From: Felis catus
Taxonomy: Eukaryota
Direction: 5' to 3'
Assembly: GCF_018350175.1 (NCBI RefSeq)
Contig: NC_058368.1
Span: 41,914,001 to 41,978,000 of the forward strand
DNA length: 64,000 nucleotides
In this document: positions 26,733-39,545 of the stretch, one piece after another
Position numbering within the stretch: the stretch's first letter is position 1
Layout of the letters: every line of letters begins with the position of its first letter
The notes under the pieces: generated by a model
The model's input: the letters and a program-made list of their open reading frames with translations, nothing else
Told to the model about the DNA's origin: nothing
Database searches by the model: none
Program-made: the position numbers and the translations under genes

Positions 26733-26940
26733 ATTTTAATGTTTATTTATTTTTGAGAGCTAGAGTGTGTGTGGGGGCGGGGAAGGGCAGAGAAAGAGAG
26801 GGAGACACAGACCTGAGGCAGGCTCCAGGCTCGGGAGCTGTCAGCACAGAGCCCAAATCAGGGCTTGAACTCACGAACTGCGAGATCATGACCTGAGCCG
26901 GAGTCAGACGCTTAACCGACTGAGCCACCCAGGTGACCCC
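26733..26940 (-). mobile_element. CAN-SINE (SINEC_Fc type)
   Basis: 'tttatttatttttgagag...gagatcatgacctgagccggagtcagacgcttaaccgactgagccacccagg'. Confidence 0.95.
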
Positions 26941-27499
26941 TGAAGCAACATATCAATTAATATTAGGAACAAGTTTAATCATTTAGCACCATCTCGTTCA
27001 ACATAAAAATAAACTTATTTGTCTGGTTTTTAGAAAAAATTTGTTGTGCTCTTGTTTTATGGCCTTCTAAATTCTTCCCATGTGTTATCACACTCAATCC
27101 TCACCTGTCCGTGATGGAAAGATAAGACTCAAAAGGAAGCCTCATCTTCCTATTATCTACGTGGCTTCTGCTGCTGAATGTTAGTAGCTAAAAACTCTGA
27201 CACATCTTTTTGGAGTATTTTGGGGGTGCAACATAAGCTTATTAAAATTGCAGCTCTAAAGGAATTAGCTTCTTTAGCTCTCCACACTATTGTTCTGAGG
27301 AACAGTCCTCAACTTTAGAAACGATGGAGATGAAGGATGGAAATAATATATAGCTATCTGGCATGTGTTTCGTGGGAGTCTTGGGAGTGCGCTCAGGTAT
27401 TTCTAATTATCTGCCTAGATGAGAACCACCAGTTGCATTGCACACAGTGATCGTGAGCACCCTGGTTATGAGCACCCTTGAGTCTTCATGGCTCATTAG

Positions 27500-27960
27500 T
27501 CAGCTAATGATGCATTATGTTCCGCGAGGGCTGAGCACTTCCATCGCTCTTGGAGATACAGGATCTGGACTGGAATGAACCCAAAACCTATCTACGGTGT
27601 TCATATTAACTATTTAATTAATTAATTATATAATTAGCAGACAGTTTTTCGATATACATAATAAAGAAGTAAGATGGATAGGATCGGTTGACATTTCATG
27701 TAGCATAAAAGATCCACTGAGCATGTGACATTTAAACAGGTAACCTCAGAGAAGCGAAGGAGTTTGAAGATACCTGGGTGAAGAACATTCCAGGCAGAAT
27801 TAGCCTTGCAGGTCTGCAGAATAAACGGAAGCCTGTCGTGCTGACGTTGAGAGAAATAAGGGAGATGTGTGGGGAGATGAGGTCAAGGAGAGAGCCAGCG
27901 GCCAGATTATGTAGAGCCTTGCAGACTATTGAAAAGTCTTTAGTGTTTACTCTGTAAAGA
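27500..27960 (-). mobile_element. L2 LINE fragment
   Basis: 'gaagaacattccaggcaga', 'ggagatgaggtcaaggagag', 'gccagattatgtagagccttg' are typical reverse-strand L2 motifs. Confidence 0.7.
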
Positions 27961-28715
27961 TTAACACAGAAGTCATTCAAACAGTTATTCTAATTAAAAT
28001 AAATCTTTTATCCAGGGCACATTTGGTCACTGAATAACTTAGTCACTGAACAGGAAGTCCTCTAGGCTTTGGGTATTCAGTGACCAAAGTGAGGGGAACG
28101 TTTTTTTCACAACTTCCTATTAAAAGCTACCCAGTAAAATTTTCATTAAATACTAAAAAGACCCTCCAAGTAAATCATTGTGAATTCTCCCTGTGGAAAA
28201 ACTAGTGTGCTTTTCTATTTGACAAGACCACTAGTAAACCAAAAATGCAACACAGGAATAAAAGAAGGTAAAATATTTTTTTATACGTCTCATTAGAGCT
28301 ACCTTGGTTGTCTAATTCAGTGACAAGAATACTCTTAAAAAGTCTTCCGTGCTAATGATGTTCAGACAATACAAATGTTTCACTTATATTTTCATTAATT
28401 AGGGCTTTGTGCTCTTTGTTTCTGCATATTATTCACAGAGACAGAATGAAAGGTAATAGGGTAACAATTAAAATATGAATATGGAAAGCAATTAGGAGTG
28501 GGGGAAACATCTACAAAAAGCATATATCACCGGAAGGTAATAATTTAATACTTTCATTTATACAAATGCTCAGAAAACACTGTCCACAATTAGAAAGTTC
28601 AGAGAAATTATTCTTGCCAGAATGGAACCTTTTACCAAATTATATTTCCTAGACCTTCAATATTCACCTCTTATAGGGCATTAGGGTTCTCTAGAGAAAC
28701 ATAACTAATAGGGTC

Positions 28716-28733
28716 TGTGTGTGTGTGTGTGTG

Positions 28734-28786
<53 letters not shown>
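28716..28786. repeat. Compound (TG)n(GA)n microsatellite within the MLT2 LTR
   Basis: Visible directly in the sequence. Confidence 0.95.
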
Positions 28787-28791
<5 letters not shown>

Positions 28792-28946
28792 ATTTAGTAT
28801 AAGGAATTGGTTTATATAACTGTAGAATCTGTCAAGTGCAAGATCTGCAGAGTATGTTGTTGGTGGGCTGGAGACCCAGGGAAGAGTTCAAGTCTGAGTC
28901 TAAGGGAACTCTGCTGACAGAATTCCCTCTTCACTGGGAAGGCCAC

Positions 28947-29091
28947 TTTTTTTTTAATGTAATTTTTTTTTAAGTAAGCTTCACACACAGCACAGAGTCC
29001 AACCTGAGGCTTGACTTCAAGACCCTGAGATCAAGACCTGAGCTGAGATAAAAAATCCGATGCTTAACTGATTGAGCAACGCAAGTGCCCC
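28947..29091 (-). mobile_element. Short CAN-SINE lacking the CT tract, nested in MLT2
   Basis: 'ccctgagatcaagacctgagctgag...gcttaactgattgagc...gtgcccc'; TSD ag(g/a)ccac(t/c)tttttt. Confidence 0.88.
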
Positions 29092-29534
29092 AGACCACCT
29101 TTTTTCTATAAAGGCCTTTAAGTGATTAGACAAGGCTCACCACAATTACAGTGAATAATCTGCTTTACTCAAAGTCTGCTGGCTTAAATATTAATCTCAT
29201 GTAAAAATATCTTCACAATAATATCTAGAATAATGTTTGATCAAATATCTGAGTACTGTGATGTAGATAACTTGACATATAAAATTAACCATCATATATG
29301 GGATAAAGTCCATTACAGGTTTGGAGTGGAGTAAGATTCTCTCTAGGGAGTGTGAAAGGTTCACCTCAGCAAAATATTTGACAAAAGATTATACTTCAGG
29401 GAGAAGTATAATTTTCAACATGATTCTAAAGCCATTAAAATGGAAGCAAAACTTTCAAGTAAACTATATATGTATTGTTTACTATATATAAAGGCATACT
29501 AAAATATTTTTGTGTCTGATATGTTCATAGTAAA

Positions 29535-29749
29535 TTTTTTTTTATTTTAAGTGGTTATTTATTTTTGAGAGAGAGACAGAGTGTGAGTGGGGGAGGGGCA
29601 GAGAGGGAGGGAGACACAGAATCGGAAGCAGGCTCCAGGCTCTGAGCTGTCAGCACAGAGCTCGACGCAGGGCTTGAACCCACAAACTGTGGGATCATGA
29701 CCCGAGCCGAAGTCATACACTTAACTGACTGAGCCACCCAGGTGCCCCC
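29535..29749 (-). mobile_element. CAN-SINE (SINEC_Fc type)
   Basis: Canonical reverse copy; degenerate TSD a(t/g)agtaa..tttttt. Confidence 0.95.
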
Positions 29750-29769
29750 AGAGTAAGGTTTTTTTTAAG

Positions 29770-30432
29770 TCTTTCTTCCTTTTCTTGCAAACCACTCAGA
29801 GCATCCACCACCTCCATGTCTTTAACATCACTCAACACCTTACTACAGTTTACTGGAACCCCTTTCACTAAAGCAATCATTGACCTCTGTAAGGCTAATG
29901 GGTATTTTTCAGTTCATTGACTGTATAGGCTCTTTCTTCTCGACACTCAACATTAACTTCCGAAAGTCCATGATCTTCTTTATCTCCTTTATGGGATCTC
30001 TATTTTCTGATCATCGCAGGATTTTGCAGATTCTCTTCTCCCTCCCCAAAAACTCCAAGTCAGTATCATTCACTTGGAATGATGTGAAATTTCTATTAAT
30101 TTGGGAAAATTTACTTTTTACCTTCCGACACCCCCCCCCAGATAATATAGGGTAATACCCAACCTCTTTACGTGATGTCCCAGACCCCGTGGCGCAGACT
30201 CAGCTTTACCACTCTTCTGCTTTGCACTGCACTTTGAACACCACGTGATATCTTTGTGCAAACTGGGATATTTCCCTTTTTTTCTGTCTTACTACTTGCT
30301 TCACACTCCCTAAAGACTGGTCTGACATCTTGTCCTCACTAGTCAGATTTAGTTCAAATAGAACCTCCTAGAAATTCTTCCTAAGAACCACACTCTCAGA
30401 TATTTTATGTCTCTGCTGCTTGTTGAATGAAA
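29770..30432 (+). mobile_element. Degenerate L2 fragments
   Basis: 'cactaaagcaatcattgacctctgtaaggctaatggg' and terminal 'ttgttgaatgaaataaa'. Confidence 0.45.
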
Positions 30433-30778
30433 TAAAGAAATAAAAATTCTGACATATCTCAACCACAAACTTGTACTCTTTTTTGTATTGTAAGACACTC
30501 CATATGAAGTATATGACATTGAAATAAGCACCATTTTAAAACCGAGAAGCATAAAGAAAGATGTTCTCTAAATTTAAATAGTTTATAATCCAGACAACCT
30601 AAAAGCCTTATAATAGAAAGACCTATTTTTTTTTAATGTTGCAATGCTTGGTAGTTTCTCTTTAAAAAAAGTGAAACTATTATACTTTACATACATAGCA
30701 TTTGTAACCTAATTTTTAGACGCACATATATATGTATATAACTGATCCCATTATAAGCCTATACCATCCCATTGTTTT

Positions 30779-32025
30779 TCTTTCTTAAGTTTTAATGTAA
30801 ATTCCAGTTATTGAACATAGAGTATAATATTAGTTTCAGTAGTAGAATTTGGTGATTCATCATCTATATACAACATGCAGGGCTCATCACAGCAAGTGCC
30901 CTCCTTAATACCCACTGCCCATTCAACTCATTCCCCCTTTCCTCCCCTCCAGCAACCTTCAGTTCATTCTCAATAGTTAAGAGTCTGTTCTATGGTTTGC
31001 CTCCTCTTTTTTCCCATGTTTACCTGTTTCATTTCTTAAAATGCACATATAAGTGAAATCATATGGCATTTGTCTTTCTCTGACTTACTTTGCTTAGCAT
31101 CATACACTCTAGATCCCCCATGTTATTGGAAATGGCATGATTTCATTCTTTTTGATTGCCAAGTAATAGTCTATTGTATATGCAAACCACCTTTTCCTTA
31201 TTCACTCATCATTTGATGGATATTTGGGCTCTTTCCATAATTTGGCTATTGTTGATAATGCTGCTACAAATGTTGGGGTGCATGTACTCCTTCAAATCAG
31301 TATTTTTGTATCCTTTGCATAAATACCCAGTAATGCAATTGCTGGGTCATAGGGTAGTTCTATTTTTAACTTTTTGAGGAACCTCCATACTGTTTTCCAG
31401 AGTGGCTTCACCAGTTTGCATTCCCACCAATAGTGTAAGAGGGTTCCCCTGTCTCTGCATCCTCGTCAACACTTGTTTCCTGTGTTGTTAATTTTAGCCA
31501 TTCTGACAGGCATGAGGTGATATCTCATTGTAGTTTTGATTTGCATTTCCCTGATTATGAGTGATGTTGAGCATCTATTCACATATCCGTTAGCCACCTA
31601 GAAGTCTTCTTTGGAAAAATGTCTATTCATGTCTTCTGCCCATTTTTAAATTGGATTATATGTTTTTTGGGTGTTCAGATTGAGGAGTTCTTTATAGATT
31701 TTGGATAGTAACTCTCTATCAGATATGTCATTTACAAATATCTTCTTCTATTCTGAAGGTTGCCTTATAGTTTTGTTGATTGTTTCCTTTCCTGTGCAGA
31801 AGCCTTTTATCTTGATGATGCTTTTGTTTGCCTTGACTCCAGAAATATATCTAGTAAGAAGTTGCTATGGCCAATGTCAAAGAGGTTGTTGCCTGTGTTC
31901 TCCAGGATTTTGATAGTTTCTTCTTTCACATTTAGGCCTTTCATCCATTTTGAATTTATTTTTGTGTATGCTATAAGAAAGTGGTCCAGTTTCATTCTTT
32001 TGCATGTTGTTGTCCAGTTTTCTCA
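30779..32025 (-). mobile_element. L1 (carnivore L1_Carn-like): 3' UTR plus end of ORF2, non-inverted part
   Basis: Minus ORF 31807-31995 [32 protein letters not shown] matches the L1 ORF2 C-terminal region; carnivore-type 3' UTR; T-rich tail at about 30779. Confidence 0.95.
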
Positions 32026-32609
32026 ATGTACAGATTGGTGGCATTCTATACACCAATAATGAAGAAGCAGAAAAATAAATCAAGAAATTGATCCCATTTA
32101 CAATTGCATCAAAAACCATAAGATACCTAGGAATAAACCTAACCAAAGAGGTAAAAGATCTGTATTCTGAAAACTATAAAACACTTAAGAAAGAAATTGA
32201 GGAGGACACAAAGAAATTAAAAAAAATTCCTTGCTCATGTATTAGAAGAACAAATATTGTTAAAATGTCTATACTACCCAAAGTAATCTACACATTTAAT
32301 GCAATCTCTATCAAAATACCACTAGCATTTTTCACAGAACTAGAACAAATAATCCTAAAATTTGTATGGAACCACAAAAGATTCTAAGTAGCCAAAGCAA
32401 CCTTGAAAAAGAAAAGCAAAGCTAGGGGCATCACAATTCCAGACTTCAAGTTATATTACAAAGCTGTAGTAATCAAGATAGTACGGTACTAGTACAAAAA
32501 CAGACACATAGATCAATGGAACAGAATAGAAAACTCAGAAATGGACCCACAACTATATGGTCAACTAGTGTTTGACAAAGCAAGAAAGAATATCCAATGG
32601 GAAAAAGAC
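32024..32609 (+). mobile_element. L1 ORF2 fragment: inverted 5' segment of the same insertion
   Basis: ORF 32088-32387 [39 protein letters not shown] matches L1 ORF2 (end of the RT domain and the region after it). Confidence 0.95.
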
Positions 32610-32662
32610 CTATTGTTTTGAAACTTGATGGACAAGGACATCAGTTTTTAAATTGATCTATT

Positions 32663-32887
32663 GGGGCACCTGGGTGGCTCAGTAGGTTAAGCAACTGACT
32701 TCGGCTCAGGTCATGATCTCACAGTTTGTGAGTTCGAGCCCCCCTCCCCAGTCAGGCTCTGTACGGACAGCTCAGAGTCTGGAGCCTGCTTCGGATTCTG
32801 TGTCTCCCTCTCTCTCTGCCCCTCCCCCACTCACACTCTGTCTCTCTGTCTCTCTCTCTCAAAAATAAATTTAAAAAATATAGAAAG
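32663..32887 (+). mobile_element. CAN-SINE (SINEC_Fc type)
   Basis: Canonical body; TSD taaattgatc(t/c)att. Confidence 0.95.
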
Positions 32888-33274
32888 TAAATTGATCCAT
32901 TAATTTATAAGTATAAAATAATGGACTGGACTGAATAAGATATTTAAAAATAATATAAATTACTCTATGTAAAGAAGGATATTATTTTTAAAATCTGTAG
33001 TAAGACAAATGTGAAATGCTTTCTTAGATGACTAAAGTTAAATGGTAAGACTTACAGAACTGAAGGGACATTAGAATTATCAACTCTAACTTGTTATTTC
33101 ATTGGTGGAGAAATTAATACTTAACAAAATTATGACTGACCCCAACTTTATGAGAACAAAGGTACTTTGACTGTCACTATGGGCTGTTTCTGTTCTATAA
33201 GTATTACTGAAGTAGTTTCTAGACCAACCATATTAGTATCTTTGTGTGGAACCATTTATATTTGACAAGCATCT

Positions 33275-33900
33275 TGTGATAGGCTACAAAAGGGATCACA
33301 ATTCTCTATCTTACCGTACACTTTTTTTTTTTTTTTGCATTGTGAGTTGGCAGCTTCTCCCATTGATATATTGAGTCTATTTATGTATGTCTTATATCTT
33401 GATGGGTTTTGTGACTTGCTTTGAGTAACACAGTATGGGATAAATGGAACTGTGCCAGTTCTAAGCTTAGGACTCGGGAGGATTTTCCCACTGCCACTTA
33501 CTTTCACCACTAAGACACTGCAAAGCTGCCCATGAGAACAACCTTATGTTAGCCTGTGGGATGATGGGAAACAGGTGGCCTAATTGTCCTTTCACCTCAG
33601 CTGACATAAAACTAACAACCAGAGATGTGAGTGAGGCCATCTTAGACCATGCATCTCCTACCCAATCCACCATATGACTGGCAGCTGAAATACATTCACA
33701 GAATCCAGCCATATATTAAAAACAAAACAAAACAAAAACAAACAAACAAACAAACAAAAACACCTAGCTGAGCCCAGCTCCAGCTGCTGACCCAGAGAAT
33801 TTAAGCTAAACAACTGGCCATTACATCAAATCATGCAGTTTCAGGGCTTTCTTTGTTAGTTTTCGTTTGATTTTACACAGTAATATATAATCAATATACA
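33275..33900 (+). mobile_element. MaLR solo LTR (MLT1F/G/H-like)
   Basis: 'gtgacttgctttg', 'tgtgccagttctaagcttagg', 'atgtgagtgaggccatcttagacc', 'gctgagcccagc...ctgacccagagaat'; TG...CA ends. Confidence 0.8.
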
Positions 33901-35150
33901 CCCTTAGGTTATTTCCTATAAACACTAAAAGTTTAACATTTACTACTTTTTTTGTCTTGCTGCCTCTCCAAAATTCATTTCTAAGAGATTCCCAAAAGGA
34001 GACTTACAATTTAGAATATGAACAACTGACTACTGAATAGCCTTCTAAATAAAAGCGAACAATACACTGAATTGGGGGGGGGGAGCTATTTATACACACA
34101 TATTTATGAATAAACTATTGAAAAACAAATTGTAGGTTCATATAAACACAGTCCATTGTGGTGCTGGTTTTGTAAATTTAGTAATTTTAATAGGAAATTA
34201 AATTTGACCTGAACCACATATCAAACTGTCAGTTCTATTCATGTAAACTAAATGTAACCTATGCTGCCTGAACATTAATCAGAAAATTAGCTATTAAGCT
34301 GTCTTTGCATGGCAACTAAAGTTCAAAGTTCTCCTAAAGCTCTCAAGGATAATTTTATATTAGAAGCTACCCAGGATACAATTAAAATTTTATGACAGTT
34401 GTCAGAAAATGTCTTGAGAATGTAACACACATTTATATCTGTGTATGAGTAATTAATACCCATTTCCAAACGGGTACCTCATGTACAAAAGGAACTGAGG
34501 ACTCCCTTTGGGTAGATTATAACTGCTGTGTCATACCTTAGATATACATAGACCATTGATGGTAATTAAAATTTATTTTGTAATAGTGATAAGCTAAGAG
34601 ATCATTAAAGGTCATGACTTTGTCCTTAATTATTTGGGTTATTCTTGTTATTTAATTAAACGAGTTTAATGAATCTTTGGTTACCACGTGGCTCTAAACT
34701 GAGCAATACACTTCAAAAGACCATGTTTTTGACAGCTTTGGCCGCTCTTTCTTATGCTCATGGAAGTAACCTATTGTACTCAACACACCACAGATTAGGT
34801 CAGTTAATTCTCTGGGCAAGAACAAATTGGATGGGAAAAGCATTTTGACTAAATTTAACAGAATTCAATTCAATTCAGTTCAACTCAGTTCAATGCAACC
34901 AAATGGTATGTTAGACATTTTCATGCAAGAAGAATCCCTTCCTTGGCAGAGTAAATGACAGTCTAATTCATTCCATTACTTCTACCATGCAAGACTCTGA
35001 AGAAAAGTGCCAAAATGGGGCATTCCCTCTACAAAGTACCAAGAGTGTCTTAGATTTAACACAAGTCAAGCTAGATTTAAGATTCATCATTCCTTCCTAA
35101 AGTAATGTAAGGAAGATGGAGAAAGATCCAATGGTTAATTGCAATGAGAG

Positions 35151-35487
35151 TGTATTCACGTCTTAGACCTGTCATACTAAATTACCACAAATTAGGTGGC
35201 TTATAACAGCAGAATTTTTTTTTTCTCACAGTTGAAGCTACAGTCCCAAATCAAAGTGTCCGCAGAGGTATGCTCCTCCTGAAGGCACTGAGGAAAATTT
35301 TTCCTTGCCTCCTTCAATTTCTGGTGGTTTCTGGTGTTCCTTGGCTTCTGGAAATCTAACTCCAATTTCTGCTTCCATCTTTATTGGGCCATCTTCCCTG
35401 ATTGTTTCTGTTATCTTCGCATGATATTCTCCTGTTTCGCACCCTCTCCCCCTGCCTTTTTTTCTTCTCTTTTTTTCTTTTCTTTTC

Positions 35488-35518
<31 letters not shown>

Positions 35519-35685
35519 CTTTTCTTTTCTTTTCCTTCCTTCTTTTCCTTTCTCTTTCTCTCTCTCTCTTTCTCTTTTTTTTTATAGGTACACTAATCAT
35601 TGGATTTAGGACCTTAATCCAGTATGACTTCATCTTAACCAATTACATCAGCAAAGAAACTATTTCTAAATATGGTCACATTACA
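35151..35685 (-). mobile_element. MaLR LTR (MLT1B/C-like) with internal (TTTTC)n expansion
   Basis: 'aaattaccacaaattaggtggctta', 'ttctcacagtt', 'cattggatttaggacc', 'catcttaac...attacatcagcaaaga'. Confidence 0.85.
35457..35585. repeat. Polypyrimidine (TTTTC)n/(CT)n tract
   Basis: Visible directly in the sequence. Confidence 0.95.
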
Positions 35686-36108
35686 CTCAATTATAGGCAA
35701 AACACAGAAAGAACTAGAAAAATGTGCTCATGCATCTACTTGAACCATAGAATCAAGACATTCACTGCCATTTTCCTTATGTGTCAGTTAACGGACTTGA
35801 ATTATATATACCCTTACAGTTTTTAGTTCTGCAGTGTTTGTTTACATTTTAAAGGCTTGCACATATAGGTAAAGTGAACTTAGGAGAAGTACTGAGAGAT
35901 CTTCTATAGGTAGTAGTAGATGAGAAGGCTTTAAATGAAGTGATGTGAAAGTTTTGGGTAGGTTTAGACTAGTAATCATCACCATACACTATATCATTTA
36001 TACCTGCTTTATTAAGGTCTATGTGAAGTATCAAACAGACTATTTCCATTAATGATACCAGGCTATAAAACTAAATTAAATTTGACCATCAGATTTTACC
36101 AGTGAAAG

Positions 36109-36528
36109 GTATAGGGTTAGTTTTATGTATCAACGAGGCTAAGCTATAGGACACAGTTATACAATCAAATTATAATCTTGGTGTTGTTGTGAAGGTGTTT
36201 TATAGATGTGGTTAACATCTATAATCAACCGAATATAGGAAGGTTACTCTAGATAATATGAATGAGCTTCGTTCAACTAGTTGAGGGCCTTAAGAGAAAA
36301 AAAATTGGCATTTCCTGGGCAAGAAAAAATTCTGCTTCAAGGCTACAACATTGACTCCTGCCTGTTTCCAGCCTGTCATCCTTCCCTATGAATTTTGGAC
36401 TTGCCAGCCTGCACAAACATGGGAGCTAATTTCTTAAAAATAGATCTCTTTTGTATGTATGTATTTTACATTTAAAATTTTATATATTTATCATATTGGT
36501 TGTTTCTCTGGAGAACTCTTACTAATAA
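36109..36528 (+). mobile_element. ERVL solo LTR (MLT2D-like)
   Basis: 'ggttagttttatgtatcaac', 'gtgaaggtgttttatagatgtggttaacatct', end 'ttggttgtttctctggagaactcttactaata'. Confidence 0.85.
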
Positions 36529-38419
36529 AAATGGTGAGTTACACAAGTCATCATTATAGAGAAATTCACAATATTTATAATTTTCAAATTAATATATGTG
36601 TGTAGAAAGTTATATTGTCATAAAATGTACCTTCAACGTAGAAGAAACATATATAAGGATTATTGTAATTGAGTGTTGACCAGAATATCTTTACTTTTTA
36701 ATAACTTATTTTTTCCTTTTTATTCTCTTTACATACTCATTAACACAATGGTGTTCTTGAGGAAGAGAATTAAATAATTTAAATCAATTGCACATTAAAC
36801 TGTGAAAATCCCTGACACATTATTCTTTCCTATCACTAGAAAGTAGAATAAAAATAATCAGCAGTATATCTGATTTACACCTCAAACATGTATATGTAAT
36901 CTGGTCAGGTAGTGTAATTCCTCTCAGTTTGAGAAATGAATATTTGTCTCACAAACCCATTAAGTGCACTGTAAAGTAGTTAAGGAAAAAAGAGAAAAGT
37001 CAATTGAATTACACATTTAAAAAAGACAGTTCTATTTTTTTCTTTTAAACAGCATGTGTTATACAAACAAATAATACAAATAAAATATAGAAATGTAACA
37101 CATTGGTGCCCTGCTATAAGAATTTTGTCTTTAATCAGAAATCGTCTAGACCCAAACTACCCTCTACGTGCTACATAAGGAATGAGACAGAATTGGGACA
37201 CACCATTTGTTATCCTGAGATTATATAAATACATTAAACAAGAAAAACATAAAGTATATTTAATTTCCTTTACTTGATTTGTATGTTTATCCTAATTATG
37301 ATGTTTTATTGTCACTTAGAATCACAACAAAGAGAACAGTAGTCATTTTCATTGAAAAACCTCAAGATTTGTTTTTCCCTTGGTGAACCAGAACAGAACA
37401 TTCTGATATTGATTAACCTATCCCTAGGTTTTCATTCTCTGGGTTAAACAGACATAAGATAAAACATACCAAATTAGTTAATAAAAGATTTCAAGAGATG
37501 TAATAAAAATCAAACTTGTTTTAATTCGATGATGGAATACTTCTGTATTTGATAAAATTGGACTTTTGTAACTTGACAAATTACATAGGTCCATTATCCT
37601 ATAACTACTTCAGCCTTCAACCCAGTTACTCACAGCACCGACTTCATAGAAATGAAATGCAATTGATAACTGTTAAATTAATCTGGTACCATTTGCCATG
37701 TAAGCAGCAATTGCTCAAAAATATTTTATTTTATCGACCACTTAAGTCAAGCTGTGGCCTGTATACTCTTTGTGGGACTTTGCAGAGCCAAGAGTGTCAT
37801 AGGGGCATTTATTCTTAATATGGGGACATTATTACTGAAAAAGAAAAAAAAATATTTTTACATTCCTCATTTGATAAGTGAATGTTCAAATCAACAGAGT
37901 ACACAAGGCTATTGTTTGGGAGCGTAGGTTAATTAGATTAACTTCCTAGTAACCACTGCCACTGTCTTCCGCTGAACCATAAAGTAGATTTTCTTACCGG
38001 CATTAGGGTGATTGCATTCTGCATTACTTCCAGTATTGGTGAAAACCTTCCCACATCCCACCTATATTTGTTTGGGTTGTGATCTTTTCCCTAATCCTCT
38101 TAAAGATAAAGGTGCCCTTGCACATTTTCCCCCTAATTTTACAGAAGGATAACAAAGAACTACCCTATTGTTGTTTATCTTTAGCAACCTGTGGAAGGAA
38201 ATTTTCCTAGGGGTGTTATTTTAAAAAGTGACATTCCTGTTTTCTCTTCCAAATAGAGCAAGATATACTTAAGAATGCAACACAGAATGTACATTTTTAA
38301 ATAATCTAAAGAGTCAAAGGGATATGTTAATATATAAATTAATTCATGTAACTATTTAAATAATATTTCATTAAAAAAATAATGACCTTACAGACACTAT
38401 AACTTGTAAAAAGCTTTAT

Positions 38420-38420
<1 letters not shown>

Positions 38421-38470
<50 letters not shown>
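38421..38470. repeat. (TG)n microsatellite
   Basis: Visible directly in the sequence. Confidence 0.97.
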
Positions 38471-38473
<3 letters not shown>

Positions 38474-38771
38474 AGTGCCTGTTTTTCCACTGTCTTAATG
38501 TTGAAGAAAATAACAATACCTTTTTTATTGTGTAATGAGATGTGGTATACTAAAACATAACAGTAATGCCTTTTAAATAGATATTTTAACTTCTCAATAT
38601 TAGAACTTTATAATTCAAAACATTATTCTATTTTTTTAAGATCTATTCTTTAAATAGAAAATTATAAATGCTAGTTTTATTCTTTTTAAAATTTTAGTAA
38701 CTTCCTATAATTTATTGTTGTGATCATAATAACTATAGTGATATCCACTTTATTTTGTAGGATATATTTTT

Positions 38772-38962
38772 CATTTCAGTGTAGTTGACACACAATATTA
38801 CATTAGTTTCAGGTATACAACATAGTGATTCAACTTCTCTATACATTATGCTCTTTTCACCACAACTGTATCTATCACTATACCATCAGTATCACAATAT
38901 CATTGACTATATTCCCTACACTGTGCCTTTCACTCCCATACTTTCCTCCATAATTGGAAGCT
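38772..38962 (-). mobile_element. L1 3'-UTR terminal fragment (L1MA/L1_Carn-like)
   Basis: 'agttgacacacaatattacattagtttcaggtatacaacatagtgattcaac...cattgactatattccc' is a reverse L1 3' end. Confidence 0.88.
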
Positions 38963-39036
38963 TGAAATCAGGAGCTGTGAGATCATGACCTGAGCTGAAG
39001 TCGGACACTTAACTGACTAAGCCATCCGGGTGCTCT
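38959..39036 (-). mobile_element. CAN-SINE 5' head only, fused to the L1 3' fragment
   Basis: 'gtgagatcatgacctgagctgaagtcggacacttaactgactaagccatccgggtgctct'; no CT tract or tail of its own. Confidence 0.88.
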
Positions 39037-39545
39037 GACGCTATAGGATTATTATTCATAATACAGTTGGATTTAAAAAATATTAGCTCAGCAAAATTAG
39101 AGATTCTTTATAATTGATTTTAATAAATACACAAACTAACCATTTATACATCAGTAATAATTCTCATCATTTCCTAAAATGTTTTACACAGAATACTGGT
39201 TCTATGAGAACTGATTAATTGATTTTAGAATAGAGGACAGGTAGTCAAATATGTTTATATATCACAATTCTCTCTGGAAAAGGTTCAGTGAAGAGTAATG
39301 TATTAGAAGATCTTCAAAATGTTCCATCATAGAATTCTGCTGAATTTTGTTAAACCTAGTATTTTTAAACTTGCCCAAATATGTGATTATGGAATTAAAT
39401 ACATTTTTATAAACCAGTGAAAAATCAATACAAACATACAGGTAACTTTGCGTGGGTGAGTGTACAAATGTGTATACTAAACTAGTTTTAAAAGGAACAT
39501 ATTATATTGGAAACATTGGTCCAAAGGCTACTTTATCATGAAAGA

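Larger units (their letters stand above)
28672..29296 (-). mobile_element. ERVL solo LTR (MLT2B-like), interrupted by a (TG)n(GA)n tract and a SINE
   Basis: 'agggttctctagagaaaca', 'tataaggaattgg', 'ggctggagacccagggaagagtt', end 'ttgacatataaaattaaccatca'. Confidence 0.88.

Noticed and set aside
31807..32387. L1 ORF2-like ORFs as a functional coding sequence
   Set aside because: Fragments with stops and frameshifts inside a truncated, inverted L1
35238..35642. Lys/Arg-rich 134-aa ORF and antisense Phe-rich ORFs
   Set aside because: Artefacts of the (TTTTC)n tract inside an MLT1 LTR
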